Source: Lentisphaeria bacterium (GTDB taxonomy: Bacteria; Verrucomicrobiota; Lentisphaeria; JABSQK01; JAWLHB01). Taken from it: 64,000 nucleotides of DNA. Position numbers and translations under genes: made by a program. This document shows positions 48,922-57,759 of this stretch, piece by piece. Within the stretch, counting starts at the first letter, position 1. Each line of letters begins with the position of its first letter. Below the pieces are notes generated by a model, which saw nothing but the letters and a program-made list of their open reading frames with translations, searched no databases and was not told the origin of the DNA. Location: positions 1 through 64,000 of the forward strand of contig JAWLHB010000004.1 in assembly GCA_041690595.1 (NCBI GenBank), in the 5' to 3' direction.

Positions 48922-49524
48922 ATGCGTTTTCGGCCAACAGACAAGAATGCTCAGGTCAGCGTACGGGATCGCCTCACCGGCTCCATCAGCTCTCCCGGCG
49001 CCGAACCCGATGGGCCAACTTACGACGACGGCTACCGCGACGGCTACCAAGCCTGCGAGAAACGGCTGCAGGCGGATATCGCGGCCCTCCGCCAGCGCCT
49101 CCAGCTCGTCGAGCAACGGTTGCCGCACGAGCTGGAGAACGCCATAGCCTCCCTTCAGGAACAGGCCGGACAAACAATCGTCCGGATGGCCTTCTCCCTG
49201 GCGGAACTCCTCGTCAAGCGAGAGTTGGATCGCGATCCCCTGCTGCTCGGTATCATCGATCAGGCGCTGGACATGGTTCCTCCCATGGAAACCCCATGCC
49301 TGCGCCTGCATCCCGAAGATGCTCGCCTCTTCACCGCATCCGCGACCGCCTCCCTTACTCAGGTCGAGATCAAGAGCGACGCCGGACTTCGCCGCGGCGA
49401 TGTGATCGTCGACTGTCAGGACGGCTTCCTCGATGCCACCATGGCCGCACGTTCAGCGGAACTCCGGCGCCTCATCGAGGAGCAGCAGAGCAGCGGGAGC
49501 GTCAACGATGATTCGCCCGCCTGA
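48922..49524 (+). CDS. fliH: Flagellar assembly protein FliH
   Basis: GYRDGYQ, LRLHPED, LRRGDVIV...GFLDAT; lies between fliG and fliI. Confidence 0.88.
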   Translation: MRFRPTDKNAQVSVRDRLTGSISSPGAEPDGPTYDDGYRDGYQACEKRLQADIAALRQRLQLVEQRLPHELENAIASLQEQAGQTIVRMAFSLAELLVKRELDRDPLLLGIIDQALDMVPPMETPCLRLHPEDARLFTASATASLTQVEIKSDAGLRRGDVIVDCQDGFLDATMAARSAELRRLIEEQQSSGSVNDDSPA

Positions 49525-50830
49525 GCTGCAGCCGCCGACGCTGCCGGATCTCGATCGCTTCACGGGCATCCGCCACTGCGGCCGCATCACCAAGTTGGTC
49601 GGCCTGACCCTCGAATCCGCCGGCCCCGCCTCCTCCATAGGCGATGTCGTCAGCATTGGCGGCAGCCATGGCCGCCCCCCCTGCCTGGCCGAAGTTGTCG
49701 GCTTTCGCGACCGTCGGCTCCTCCTCATGCCTCTGGAAAGCACCGACGGCATTCGTCCCGGCGATCTCGTCACCCAACTGGATCGGGGGTTGACCGTCAA
49801 TGTCGGCGAAGCGCTCCTGGGTCGGGTCATCGATGGCCTTGGCCGGCCGCTCGACGGTTCGCCTCTGCCCCGTTGCGAGGCCCAATGGCCCCTGCGCCGG
49901 GCGGCGCCTCCCCCGCTGTTGCGAAGCCGCATCGACGCCCCCTTCCACACCGGCGTCCGCGCCATCGACGCGGCGATCACCATGGGGCAAGGACAACGCG
50001 TGGGCATTTTTGCCGGCAGCGGGGTCGGCAAGAGCACCCTGCTGGGGATGGCTTGCCGCAACTCCGTCGCGGATCTCAATGTCATCGCCCTGATTGGCGA
50101 ACGCGGCAAGGAGGTGCGGGAGTTCCTCGAAGACACCCTTGGGGAGGAAGGCATGCGTCGTTCCGTGGTGGTCGCCGCCACCTCCGACTGCCCAGCCCTG
50201 CAGCGTCTCAAGGGGGCGGAAACCGCCATCGCCATTGCCGAATACTTTCGCGGCCGGGGCAAGAGCGTCCTTCTTGTCATGGACTCCCTGACCCGCTATG
50301 CCATGGCTCAGCGGGAAGTCGGACTCGCCATTGGCGAGCCCCCCGCCACTCGCGGCTACCCCCCTTCGGTCTTCGCCAGACTCCCCGAACTCCTCGAACG
50401 CGCCGGCAACGACCAACGGGGAAGCATCACCGGCATCTATACCGTCCTCGTCGAAGGAGACGATCTCAACGACCCCATCGCGGACTGCACCCGCAGCCTC
50501 CTCGACGGACATGTGGTTCTCACCCGCGAACTCGCCAACGAGGGCCACTATCCGCCCATCGACGTCGCCCAGAGCGTCAGTCGCGTCATGAACCAGGTGA
50601 CCACCCACGAGCACCAGCTCGCGGCAAGAGATATGCGCCACCTGCTCACCGTCCGCAGAAAAGCCGCCGAGCTGGTCGAGTTCGGCCTCTACAAACCAGG
50701 CGCCAGCGCCGAGATCGATCGCGCCCTGGCACGCTCTCCCTTCCTCGACCGTTTTCTCCGACAGGAGATCGACGATAACGCCGCTTGGAGCGCCACCTGG
50801 CCACTCCTCTTGGAGACGCTGGGCACATGA
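49508..50830 (+). CDS. fliI: Flagellar export ATPase FliI
   Basis: GSGVGKST, LIGERGKEV, LVMDSLTR, GEPPATRGYPPS, DGHVVL. Confidence 0.95.
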   Translation: MIRPPELQPPTLPDLDRFTGIRHCGRITKLVGLTLESAGPASSIGDVVSIGGSHGRPPCLAEVVGFRDRRLLLMPLESTDGIRPGDLVTQLDRGLTVNVGEALLGRVIDGLGRPLDGSPLPRCEAQWPLRRAAPPPLLRSRIDAPFHTGVRAIDAAITMGQGQRVGIFAGSGVGKSTLLGMACRNSVADLNVIALIGERGKEVREFLEDTLGEEGMRRSVVVAATSDCPALQRLKGAETAIAIAEYFRGRGKSVLLVMDSLTRYAMAQREVGLAIGEPPATRGYPPSVFARLPELLERAGNDQRGSITGIYTVLVEGDDLNDPIADCTRSLLDGHVVLTRELANEGHYPPIDVAQSVSRVMNQVTTHEHQLAARDMRHLLTVRRKAAELVEFGLYKPGASAEIDRALARSPFLDRFLRQEIDDNAAWSATWPLLLETLGT

Positions 50831-51300
50831 AGCGCTTTCAGTATCGACTGGCCCCCTTGCTGAACTACCGTGAACAGCGCGTGGAACTGGCCAAAGCGGC
50901 TGTCGCCATGGCCGGTGTGAAGGTGGATGCAGCCGAACAGGCCCTCGCCCGCCTCCGCGCCGAACTGGCACGCAACCGCGAGGAGTCCAGAACGAGGCTG
51001 GACGCGGCCGATCTCGTCTGGCACCTGCGCCTGGCCGATGGTTATCTAGGATGCCTGCGCCGTCAGGAACAATTGCAGGTCAACCAACTTGCCGCGGCCA
51101 GGCAGGAACTCCGGCTCCGCCAGCAGGAAGCCTATCGAGCGGAGCAGGAGAAGCAGCTTCTCGACAAGCATCGCGATCGCCAGGAGCAGGCATGGGCATG
51201 CGACTTGCGACAGCATGAGATACGCCAACTCGACGAGGCCGCCGGCTGCAGCTTCCTGCGCCGCACCAACCCTGAACCGAACGTGGAGACGATCCCATGA
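50827..51300 (+). CDS. fliJ: Flagellar export protein FliJ
   Basis: MKRFQYRLAPLLNYRE, coiled coil, E..QLDE; follows fliI. Confidence 0.88.
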   Translation: MKRFQYRLAPLLNYREQRVELAKAAVAMAGVKVDAAEQALARLRAELARNREESRTRLDAADLVWHLRLADGYLGCLRRQEQLQVNQLAAARQELRLRQQEAYRAEQEKQLLDKHRDRQEQAWACDLRQHEIRQLDEAAGCSFLRRTNPEPNVETIP

Positions 51301-51941
51301 AACCCTTGGCATTCCTCTTGCTAATCGTCAGCTGCGTCGCGGCTTTCAGCCTCAGCGTGCTCGCTTACATGCTCACTACCGGCGACTCTCCCTTCGAGAT
51401 CCCCCCCCTGCTGCGCATGCCCGAACCGCGGCCCGCGGCCACCGCCACCGTCACTCCCGCCAGCCGCGACCCCCGCGCCACCGAAACTGCCGCAAGTGAC
51501 ATTTTTGCCGCTCTCAGCCGCAAAGCGGAAAAGCTTGCCGAGGAGGAGAAGGAACTGGCCGATCGCAAGGCGGCCGCCGAAGAATTGATCACTCACGCCG
51601 CCGAACTGCAAAAGCGCATGATCGATACCCAGGCACAATGCACCAAACTGCTGGACATGATCGAAGCAGAGGAAGAACAAAACCTCAAAAACCTGGCCAA
51701 GCTCATCGAGAACACCGAGAGCAAGGCCGCCGCCTCCATGATCGGAGAAATGACCCCCGATCGCGCCGCAAGAATCGTCTACTTCATGAATGCACGTAAA
51801 GCCGCCGAACTCCTGGCCACTCTCATCAAGGTCAATCCGGAGAAAGCAAAGTTCGCCGCTGACATGACCACCTATCTGCAGCGTCTCTCAAACAATCCAT
51901 CCATTCGCGACCGCATGGCTGCTGCCGGCGAGGCATCATGA
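51297..51941 (+). CDS. MotE/YlxF-like flagellar protein (TM + coiled coil + MgtE_N-like repeats)
   Basis: NLKNLAKLIEN.ESKAAASMIGEMTPDRAARIVYFMNARKAAELL; position after fliJ is typical of YlxF. Confidence 0.75.
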   Translation: MKPLAFLLLIVSCVAAFSLSVLAYMLTTGDSPFEIPPLLRMPEPRPAATATVTPASRDPRATETAASDIFAALSRKAEKLAEEEKELADRKAAAEELITHAAELQKRMIDTQAQCTKLLDMIEAEEEQNLKNLAKLIENTESKAAASMIGEMTPDRAARIVYFMNARKAAELLATLIKVNPEKAKFAADMTTYLQRLSNNPSIRDRMAAAGEAS

Positions 51942-53809
51942 AACCAGTTCCCTTCTCCCTCTCTCAACCGCTCGTCCCCGGCAAGCACCTCGGCCAGGGC
52001 GCCGCCAGACGGCTTGCCGCGGGCGGTCCTCTTTTTGTGCTCACCGGCTTCTTTTCCGCCCATCAGCCCCCCGCCGCCGCGACGCCCGGTGCCGGCAAGG
52101 CTGCCCTGGCGAAGGAGGCGCAGACACTCCCTGGCCAACCAGCCGCTCCAGAGCTTACGGCGGAGTCCACGGAGACACGGCTGCCCGGTCATCGCCCTGC
52201 GTTCTTGCCGAACCTCTCCCGCCACGCCCCCCTCCTCTCCGCTCTCCGCCCCGGCCAGCCTGCTCCCCAGCCGGAGGCGCCGGAGTCCGGCGAAAAGGTG
52301 TCAAAGCCCTCTCACCGCACCCCACTTTCCCCCGTTGCGCATGAAATGAACCCGTTGGCCGCGTTGCCGGTCATTCCCAACGTCAAGGTTGTCCCGAAAA
52401 CCGTGCCGACCGCGCCCGACAAAGCCGCGGTGTTGGAAGGCCCACCTGCAACCAGCGGCCAGATCACCCTTGCAGCCGCCGTCGTTAAAGCGGCTCCATC
52501 CGCACGGGTGGTCGCTCCACCACAGCTCTCGACTCTCCTGCCGCCCCAGACGGAGAAGCGTACGGAAAGCTCCCCTCCCGCCAATCCAACACAGGCACCT
52601 GCGCAGGCGCAGACACAGGCAGAGCCATCCGTCGCGGCATTACATCCCCTGCGGCGGCCCCAGCTTCTCATCTCCTTCCGCCCGACGCAGCCCAAAGCAG
52701 AACCCGACCAGCAAACGGCAACGCCACAAATCGAACCGCCCGCCAAAGGCCTGCAACCGCCTCTCCATGCCAACCCCGGCCTGGCTCCTTCCGTGCATGG
52801 GCAGCGGCCGCTGACTCTCCCGCCGATCAACACCGCACCGGAACGTGGCGCGCCGCCGCTGAAGTCGGCCGCCGAGCATCTGCCCCAGCCGGCTCCTCTC
52901 CCAGTCGGTGTCCAGGTCAAGCTGCGGATACTGCCAACCACGCAGCCGGTTGCCCTCGGGCCGCTGCCCATGGCACGTCCCGCCTTGCAGGCCGCCGTTG
53001 CACCCGCCCAGCCATGGCTGCAGGGCACCCCGGCTCCGACTCCTGAGTCGACGCCCCCAACCATGATTGCACCGCGCCTGACAACCCCGATGACAACCCT
53101 TCGTCACCCACTGGAAGTCACCGTAGCGTCCCGGGCCGCCGCCACCACGGCGGCACATACCGCCGCGGCGCCGGTCGTCGAGGCCGCTGCCTTCGCGCCG
53201 TCGCGGACTCAGCCCGACGCTGCGATCATGCACCCTCTGGCGACGCAGCAAAGCAATCGCGCCGAGAGCGGCGGAGCGGCGGTCACCCCTCTGGCGGCCA
53301 TTGGGCGTTGGCTGCGCGAACGCCACGACACGCCCGGCAGTCGCCTTGCCACCGGCGAAACCGTTGAAGGCATGGTCCAGCTTCGCACCGCCCCCAGCGA
53401 TACCGCGGCGCCAATCCAGCAGGTACAACTTCGCGATCTACCCGCTACCCTGCCCGCGCTCGCACGCCAGCTGCTCGAGCGACTTCCAGGTGCCAACTCC
53501 GATGCCAACTCCTCGCAGACCGTCAGCATCGAGTGCCGTGACGCCCGCTATGGGCAGATGCGCCTGGTTATGGAATCCCAGGACGGCGTACTGACCATCC
53601 AACTCCGCGAAGGTACCTCCCAGATGCGCGCCTGGCTCAATGATTCCCGCCAGGAACTTGCCTCCACCTTGCGCCGGCTCGGCTTCGAAGATGTCAATTT
53701 CGACTTCCGCCGGCACACCGACTCCGACCCACGCCGTGAGCAGCCTCAATCGCGCCGGAACCCACGGGATCCGCGCATCCCCGACAGTTTCGAACTGCCA
53801 CCTTCCTGA
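51938..53809 (+). CDS. fliK: Flagellar hook-length control protein FliK
   Basis: Long Pro/Ala/Thr-rich disordered region plus C-terminal T3S4-like domain (YGQMRLVM...LTIQL...LNDSRQELASTLRRLG). Confidence 0.8.
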   Translation: MKPVPFSLSQPLVPGKHLGQGAARRLAAGGPLFVLTGFFSAHQPPAAATPGAGKAALAKEAQTLPGQPAAPELTAESTETRLPGHRPAFLPNLSRHAPLLSALRPGQPAPQPEAPESGEKVSKPSHRTPLSPVAHEMNPLAALPVIPNVKVVPKTVPTAPDKAAVLEGPPATSGQITLAAAVVKAAPSARVVAPPQLSTLLPPQTEKRTESSPPANPTQAPAQAQTQAEPSVAALHPLRRPQLLISFRPTQPKAEPDQQTATPQIEPPAKGLQPPLHANPGLAPSVHGQRPLTLPPINTAPERGAPPLKSAAEHLPQPAPLPVGVQVKLRILPTTQPVALGPLPMARPALQAAVAPAQPWLQGTPAPTPESTPPTMIAPRLTTPMTTLRHPLEVTVASRAAATTAAHTAAAPVVEAAAFAPSRTQPDAAIMHPLATQQSNRAESGGAAVTPLAAIGRWLRERHDTPGSRLATGETVEGMVQLRTAPSDTAAPIQQVQLRDLPATLPALARQLLERLPGANSDANSSQTVSIECRDARYGQMRLVMESQDGVLTIQLREGTSQMRAWLNDSRQELASTLRRLGFEDVNFDFRRHTDSDPRREQPQSRRNPRDPRIPDSFELPPS

Positions 53810-53817
53810 CCCCTCGC

Positions 53818-53832
53818 TGGCATGCTTTCTGC
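53818..53832 (+). promoter_or_regulatory. sigma54 promoter for the LysM-REC-TPR operon
   Basis: TGGCATGCTTTCTGC (GG-N10-GC) in the short intergenic gap after fliK. Confidence 0.68.
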
Positions 53833-53885
53833 GCCACGCTCATTCTTCAGGATAGGGATGACGAATCAGTCAAGGAATACCGGCA

Positions 53886-54560
53886 ATGCTGCGAAAAGCA
53901 ATAATCATCGCTTTGCTCTCCACGCTCACCTGTAGCGCGGCCGACGAACCGAACACCACCAGTGCCGACGTTCTGAGCGCCAGACTGGATGCCCAGCTTC
54001 TCCGCGTCGATCAGCTCCTCGATCAGGGCGCACAGCGAGACGCCCAGCTCATGGTCACCGGCGCTCCCAGCCTGAGCGAAACGCAACGGCGCGCTGAACA
54101 GTATATCGGCGAGCGCGCCATCCGCCAGGCTCTGGCCACGGAAGTCGTCCAGTTGACGCGCATCATGCGCGAGATCCTCTTGGCGAATGCCGCCGAAAAA
54201 GCCCGACTCGAAGAAAAACTCGCCACGCGTACACGCCTCGAAAAGCCGCAACCAATAACCATGACGGTCGATAATCAGGATCCTGACGACCCGGAAAACC
54301 CCACCGGATTCTCCTATTTCCAGGTCAAGGAACCAGCCAACCTGCGGGACATCGCCGCCAAGACCGAAGTCTATGGAGATGCAGGGATGTGGCGCCTGCT
54401 CCACAACAGCAATCCCGGCCTGGTACCAGACGAAAAAACGCCGGTAAAGGCGGGCGCCCTTCTCATCGTGCCCAATCTTCTGGTCATGCGTGAGTACCCC
54501 GACGACGCCGCCAAGCCCCCTGAGGAGACGAACGATGCTGAGAATCCTGATGGTCGATGA
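53886..54560 (+). CDS. Secreted coiled-coil protein with C-terminal LysM-like domain
   Basis: Signal peptide MLRKAIIIALLSTLTCSA; YFQVKEPANLRDIAAKTEVYGDAGMWRLLHNSN...VKAGALLIVP. Confidence 0.72.
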   Translation: MLRKAIIIALLSTLTCSAADEPNTTSADVLSARLDAQLLRVDQLLDQGAQRDAQLMVTGAPSLSETQRRAEQYIGERAIRQALATEVVQLTRIMREILLANAAEKARLEEKLATRTRLEKPQPITMTVDNQDPDDPENPTGFSYFQVKEPANLRDIAAKTEVYGDAGMWRLLHNSNPGLVPDEKTPVKAGALLIVPNLLVMREYPDDAAKPPEETNDAENPDGR

Positions 54561-54972
54561 CGATCCCCTGGTGCTTACCCAGCACCGCCTCATCCTGGAG
54601 TCCGCCGGCTATGCCACGGCTTGCGCCACCACCGTCGCCGAAGCCATCTCCCTCCTTGCCTACCAGATCTACGATGCGGTGATTGCCGACTACCAGTTGC
54701 CGGACGGGCTTGGTACACAACTGCTCTGGCAGGGTGCCATTCGGCGCGGCCAGACCCGACTCCTCCTGGTGAGCGGTGCCGCCGAGGCTATCGACACCGG
54801 CATCGCCGGCCTGCCGGGGCTTATCGGCGTTCTCGTCAAGCCGGTGACTGCCGATGAATTGCTCCACAAGCTCGATCTCTCCAGCCGGGGCTCTCGAACG
54901 AGCGATTATCCGCGCCTGATCACCCTCGACGAACGCGAGAGTCTGCTCCATGTCTGCGAAACCTGGTGGTAA
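54535..54972 (+). CDS. Single-domain response regulator with C-terminal tail
   Basis: ILMVDDD, IADYQLPDGLG, VSG, LVKP. Confidence 0.85.
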   Translation: MLRILMVDDDPLVLTQHRLILESAGYATACATTVAEAISLLAYQIYDAVIADYQLPDGLGTQLLWQGAIRRGQTRLLLVSGAAEAIDTGIAGLPGLIGVLVKPVTADELLHKLDLSSRGSRTSDYPRLITLDERESLLHVCETWW

Positions 54973-54974
54973 TC

Positions 54975-57284
54975 ATGGCTGACCCCAATCCGCGTCTGCT
55001 ACTCGACCCCGACATCGGCCGCTTCCTATGGTCGATCGGCTTTGGCGGCATGCTCGGCATTCTTGCCATCGCGGGATATTTGCAGGCGGATGCCTTCACC
55101 TCCACTCAGGAGAATGACCGGCTACCGTCCCTCCCCTACATCTCCCGCCAACTGACCAATGCCTCCACCAAGGTGCCGATGGAACATACCCTAGGCCTCC
55201 TCCACACCTTCAATCGCAGGAAGCTGACGGATCCCCAGTGGCGGCATTGGCTCCATTGCGCGGCGGCCACTTATGCGCGCAATCTTGGCGAACCCGGCAC
55301 CCCCGTTTTCCGGGAACGGGTCAGACTGGCCGATCGCTACTATCGCGCCGCTCTTGGCGGCGAGCAGTTGCCGCGCCGCTACAACAGCCTGCTCCATCAG
55401 CTCGCCAGGCTGCACAAGGACGCCGGCAACTGGCAGAAGGCTGTCGATCTTTTTGAGCAGATCAACATGGACTGGATCGCCGAATCACAACAGGCAGGGA
55501 TTCACATCGATTGGGGAAACTGCCTGGTGCGGTTGGCCGAAACGCCGCGGGCACTGGCGGTGCTGGAACAGGCCGTCACCGGCGGCGACTGGGAGCAGCG
55601 TCAACAAGCCTTGCTTGCCAAGCTCCGCATTCTGCTCGCGCAGCTCTCCTCCCACCAGTCGGGCACCCCCGAATTCGAAGCAACCCTCGTGCTGGCCGAC
55701 GCCACCTACGCCGCGCTCGATACGGATGCCATGCTGGAGCTGGTTATCCGGCGCCAGCTCGATCTGGCCGCCTGCCACCTCAGCGTTGCACACGATGACT
55801 ACGATCGCCTGGTGGAGCAGGTGCGCGCCATCCAGGTGAGCGGCGTCAATGCCGAAGTGAAACTCGAGAGCCTGCGCATTCTGGCTGCCGCCATCGTCCG
55901 CGCCAAACGCTGGAGGGATGCCCGCATCGTCGTCGATGCCGTGCTGGATCGATTTCGCGGTAACAAACGAGCCGGGGAAATCGTTGCCCTGCTGATGCCC
56001 CACTGCCTTGCCACCTGGGATCCGGCTGACTCCGTTGACATCTGTCGCCGCGCCGTTCTCCGCTTCAGCGATCCCCAGCTGGCAACCATCCTGATCGAAG
56101 CCATGCTCGACGAAAACAACGGCTTTCTTGGCCGGATAGACGAACTGCGGGCTTTCGGCGATGCCGATATCCAGGTCAATCAGATCCTTCTCGCCATTGC
56201 CAACCAGTATGGCGGCAACTGGGATCAGACACGACAACTGGTCTGGCTGTTGCGCTCACGCCTGGCCGCAGTGCAGGGCCGCTGGAGTGACGCTGGAGAG
56301 CATCTCACCCATTATCTCCGACAACGCGCCGGCTTGCCGACACCTCCCGCGGCCAGCTTTCTCGATCTTCTCACCGGCGCCAACGACCAACTCGGCCCCG
56401 CTGCCATGGCGGTTCGCGCGCGACGCTTCATCTACCACTTTCCTGACCATGAGCAAGCCCCGATTGCCATTCACCGACTCATCGCCGCCTATCATGAAAT
56501 GGCCCTCTACGAGTCTTCCATGACGGTCGCCCAGAGCGCCTTCCTCAGGACCATCTGGGACATTGGCGAGAGCCAGGGCGTCGTTGCCGATGCACGATGG
56601 CTGCAGACCATCGCCGCCATTCTGCGCGGCTACGTCAAACTTGGCGATTACGACAAGGCCGACCTCCTCTTCAAGATGTATGGCCCCTACCTGTTGCGTA
56701 TGGACAACGCCCCCGACGTCATCGCCGATTGCGCCCGCGGCGCTCGCGCCCTCAACCAGAGCTATGAAGCGGTGCGACGTTATGATCTCGCCATCGAAAG
56801 AGCCACCGGTGTGCTCACCTTCCATCTGAAAACGGAGCGGGCAGTTTGCGCTCTGGAGGCGGATTTCCCCATGGCCCTCGACGACGCGCGACTCTTGCTG
56901 AAGGCGCTGCGCCAGCAGGAGGAACCCCTGCCGGAACCCCTGCTCTATCTGCTCGAGAAGCAGATTCACGAGGCGATCCTGAAGTATATCTTCGAGCACG
57001 ATCGCGACGCCATGCGTGCCGAATTGAGTGCCGTACCGGATAGTTTCGGGGGTGAGACCTGGATGTCGGCATGGGTCTTGCGTGTCATGTCGATGGAACT
57101 GAAGGATCGAGACCTGGAGACCTGGCGCGCCGAGCACGCCGAAATCATCAACGCCGGCGTTGCCGGCATCGTTACCGACACGCGCACACACGAGTTCCTC
57201 CAGCAGCAGGTCGAGCTGATCGACGGCTTGATCGCCCTGGAAAAGCGAATGACGGATATCAATCAACGAGGGATGCAGCCATGA
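54975..57284 (+). CDS. Membrane-anchored TPR-like alpha-helical protein
   Basis: N-terminal TM (FLWSIGFGGMLGILAIAGYL); TPR-like helices (LARLHKDAGNWQKAVDLFEQ, WGNCLVRL, FIYHFPDH, YVKLGDYDKA). Confidence 0.7.
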   Translation: MADPNPRLLLDPDIGRFLWSIGFGGMLGILAIAGYLQADAFTSTQENDRLPSLPYISRQLTNASTKVPMEHTLGLLHTFNRRKLTDPQWRHWLHCAAATYARNLGEPGTPVFRERVRLADRYYRAALGGEQLPRRYNSLLHQLARLHKDAGNWQKAVDLFEQINMDWIAESQQAGIHIDWGNCLVRLAETPRALAVLEQAVTGGDWEQRQQALLAKLRILLAQLSSHQSGTPEFEATLVLADATYAALDTDAMLELVIRRQLDLAACHLSVAHDDYDRLVEQVRAIQVSGVNAEVKLESLRILAAAIVRAKRWRDARIVVDAVLDRFRGNKRAGEIVALLMPHCLATWDPADSVDICRRAVLRFSDPQLATILIEAMLDENNGFLGRIDELRAFGDADIQVNQILLAIANQYGGNWDQTRQLVWLLRSRLAAVQGRWSDAGEHLTHYLRQRAGLPTPPAASFLDLLTGANDQLGPAAMAVRARRFIYHFPDHEQAPIAIHRLIAAYHEMALYESSMTVAQSAFLRTIWDIGESQGVVADARWLQTIAAILRGYVKLGDYDKADLLFKMYGPYLLRMDNAPDVIADCARGARALNQSYEAVRRYDLAIERATGVLTFHLKTERAVCALEADFPMALDDARLLLKALRQQEEPLPEPLLYLLEKQIHEAILKYIFEHDRDAMRAELSAVPDSFGGETWMSAWVLRVMSMELKDRDLETWRAEHAEIINAGVAGIVTDTRTHEFLQQQVELIDGLIALEKRMTDINQRGMQP

Positions 57285-57748
57285 GCAACATGCTGGCCTG
57301 TCTCGAGAAGCAGATCACGACATGCAGGGCCATGATGGCCCTGTTTCAACAGGAGCGCAAACTCATCCAGGAAGAAGAGTCTGCCCCCCTGGCCCAGATT
57401 CAGGAAAACCTCCGCAGCAAGCAGACCCTCGCCGGCGTCCTCGCCGAAGCCATTGCCGGACTGCGGCTCTTGCCTCCCGAAGAAGAGCCGGCAACGCGAC
57501 AGGAGCTCGTGCGCGAAGTCACCTCCCTGATCGAACAGCTGCTGGTGATCGAACAGGAGAACAGCCGAATCCTGCGTAACCGCGTGCAGGAGAATCGCCG
57601 CGTCGAGCAGGCAGCCCCCGCGCCGCCGCGGCTCAAGCGCCTCACTCTCCAGCCAGACTTGCCCTTCCTGCCACCCCGAGCCGATACTCCCCCGCCCAGG
57701 CGCTCAACCGCACCCCACCCCTTTGCCCGTCTCAACCGTCACGCCTGA
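57281..57748 (+). CDS. FlgN-like helical export chaperone (putative)
   Basis: About 155 aa, helical; ALFQQERKLI...K..L...LLVIEQENSRIL; flagellar context. Confidence 0.5.
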   Translation: MSNMLACLEKQITTCRAMMALFQQERKLIQEEESAPLAQIQENLRSKQTLAGVLAEAIAGLRLLPPEEEPATRQELVREVTSLIEQLLVIEQENSRILRNRVQENRRVEQAAPAPPRLKRLTLQPDLPFLPPRADTPPPRRSTAPHPFARLNRHA

Positions 57749-57759
57749 AGAGCCTCTTC

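Noticed and set aside
46243..51300. Non-flagellar type III injectisome
   Set aside because: Full-length FliF, FliG, FliK, FliS and Maf indicate a flagellum.
51938..53500. Low-complexity Pro/Ala-rich stretch as non-coding or spurious
   Set aside because: It is open throughout, coupled to the upstream gene and ends in a FliK-type domain; ruler regions are normally like this.
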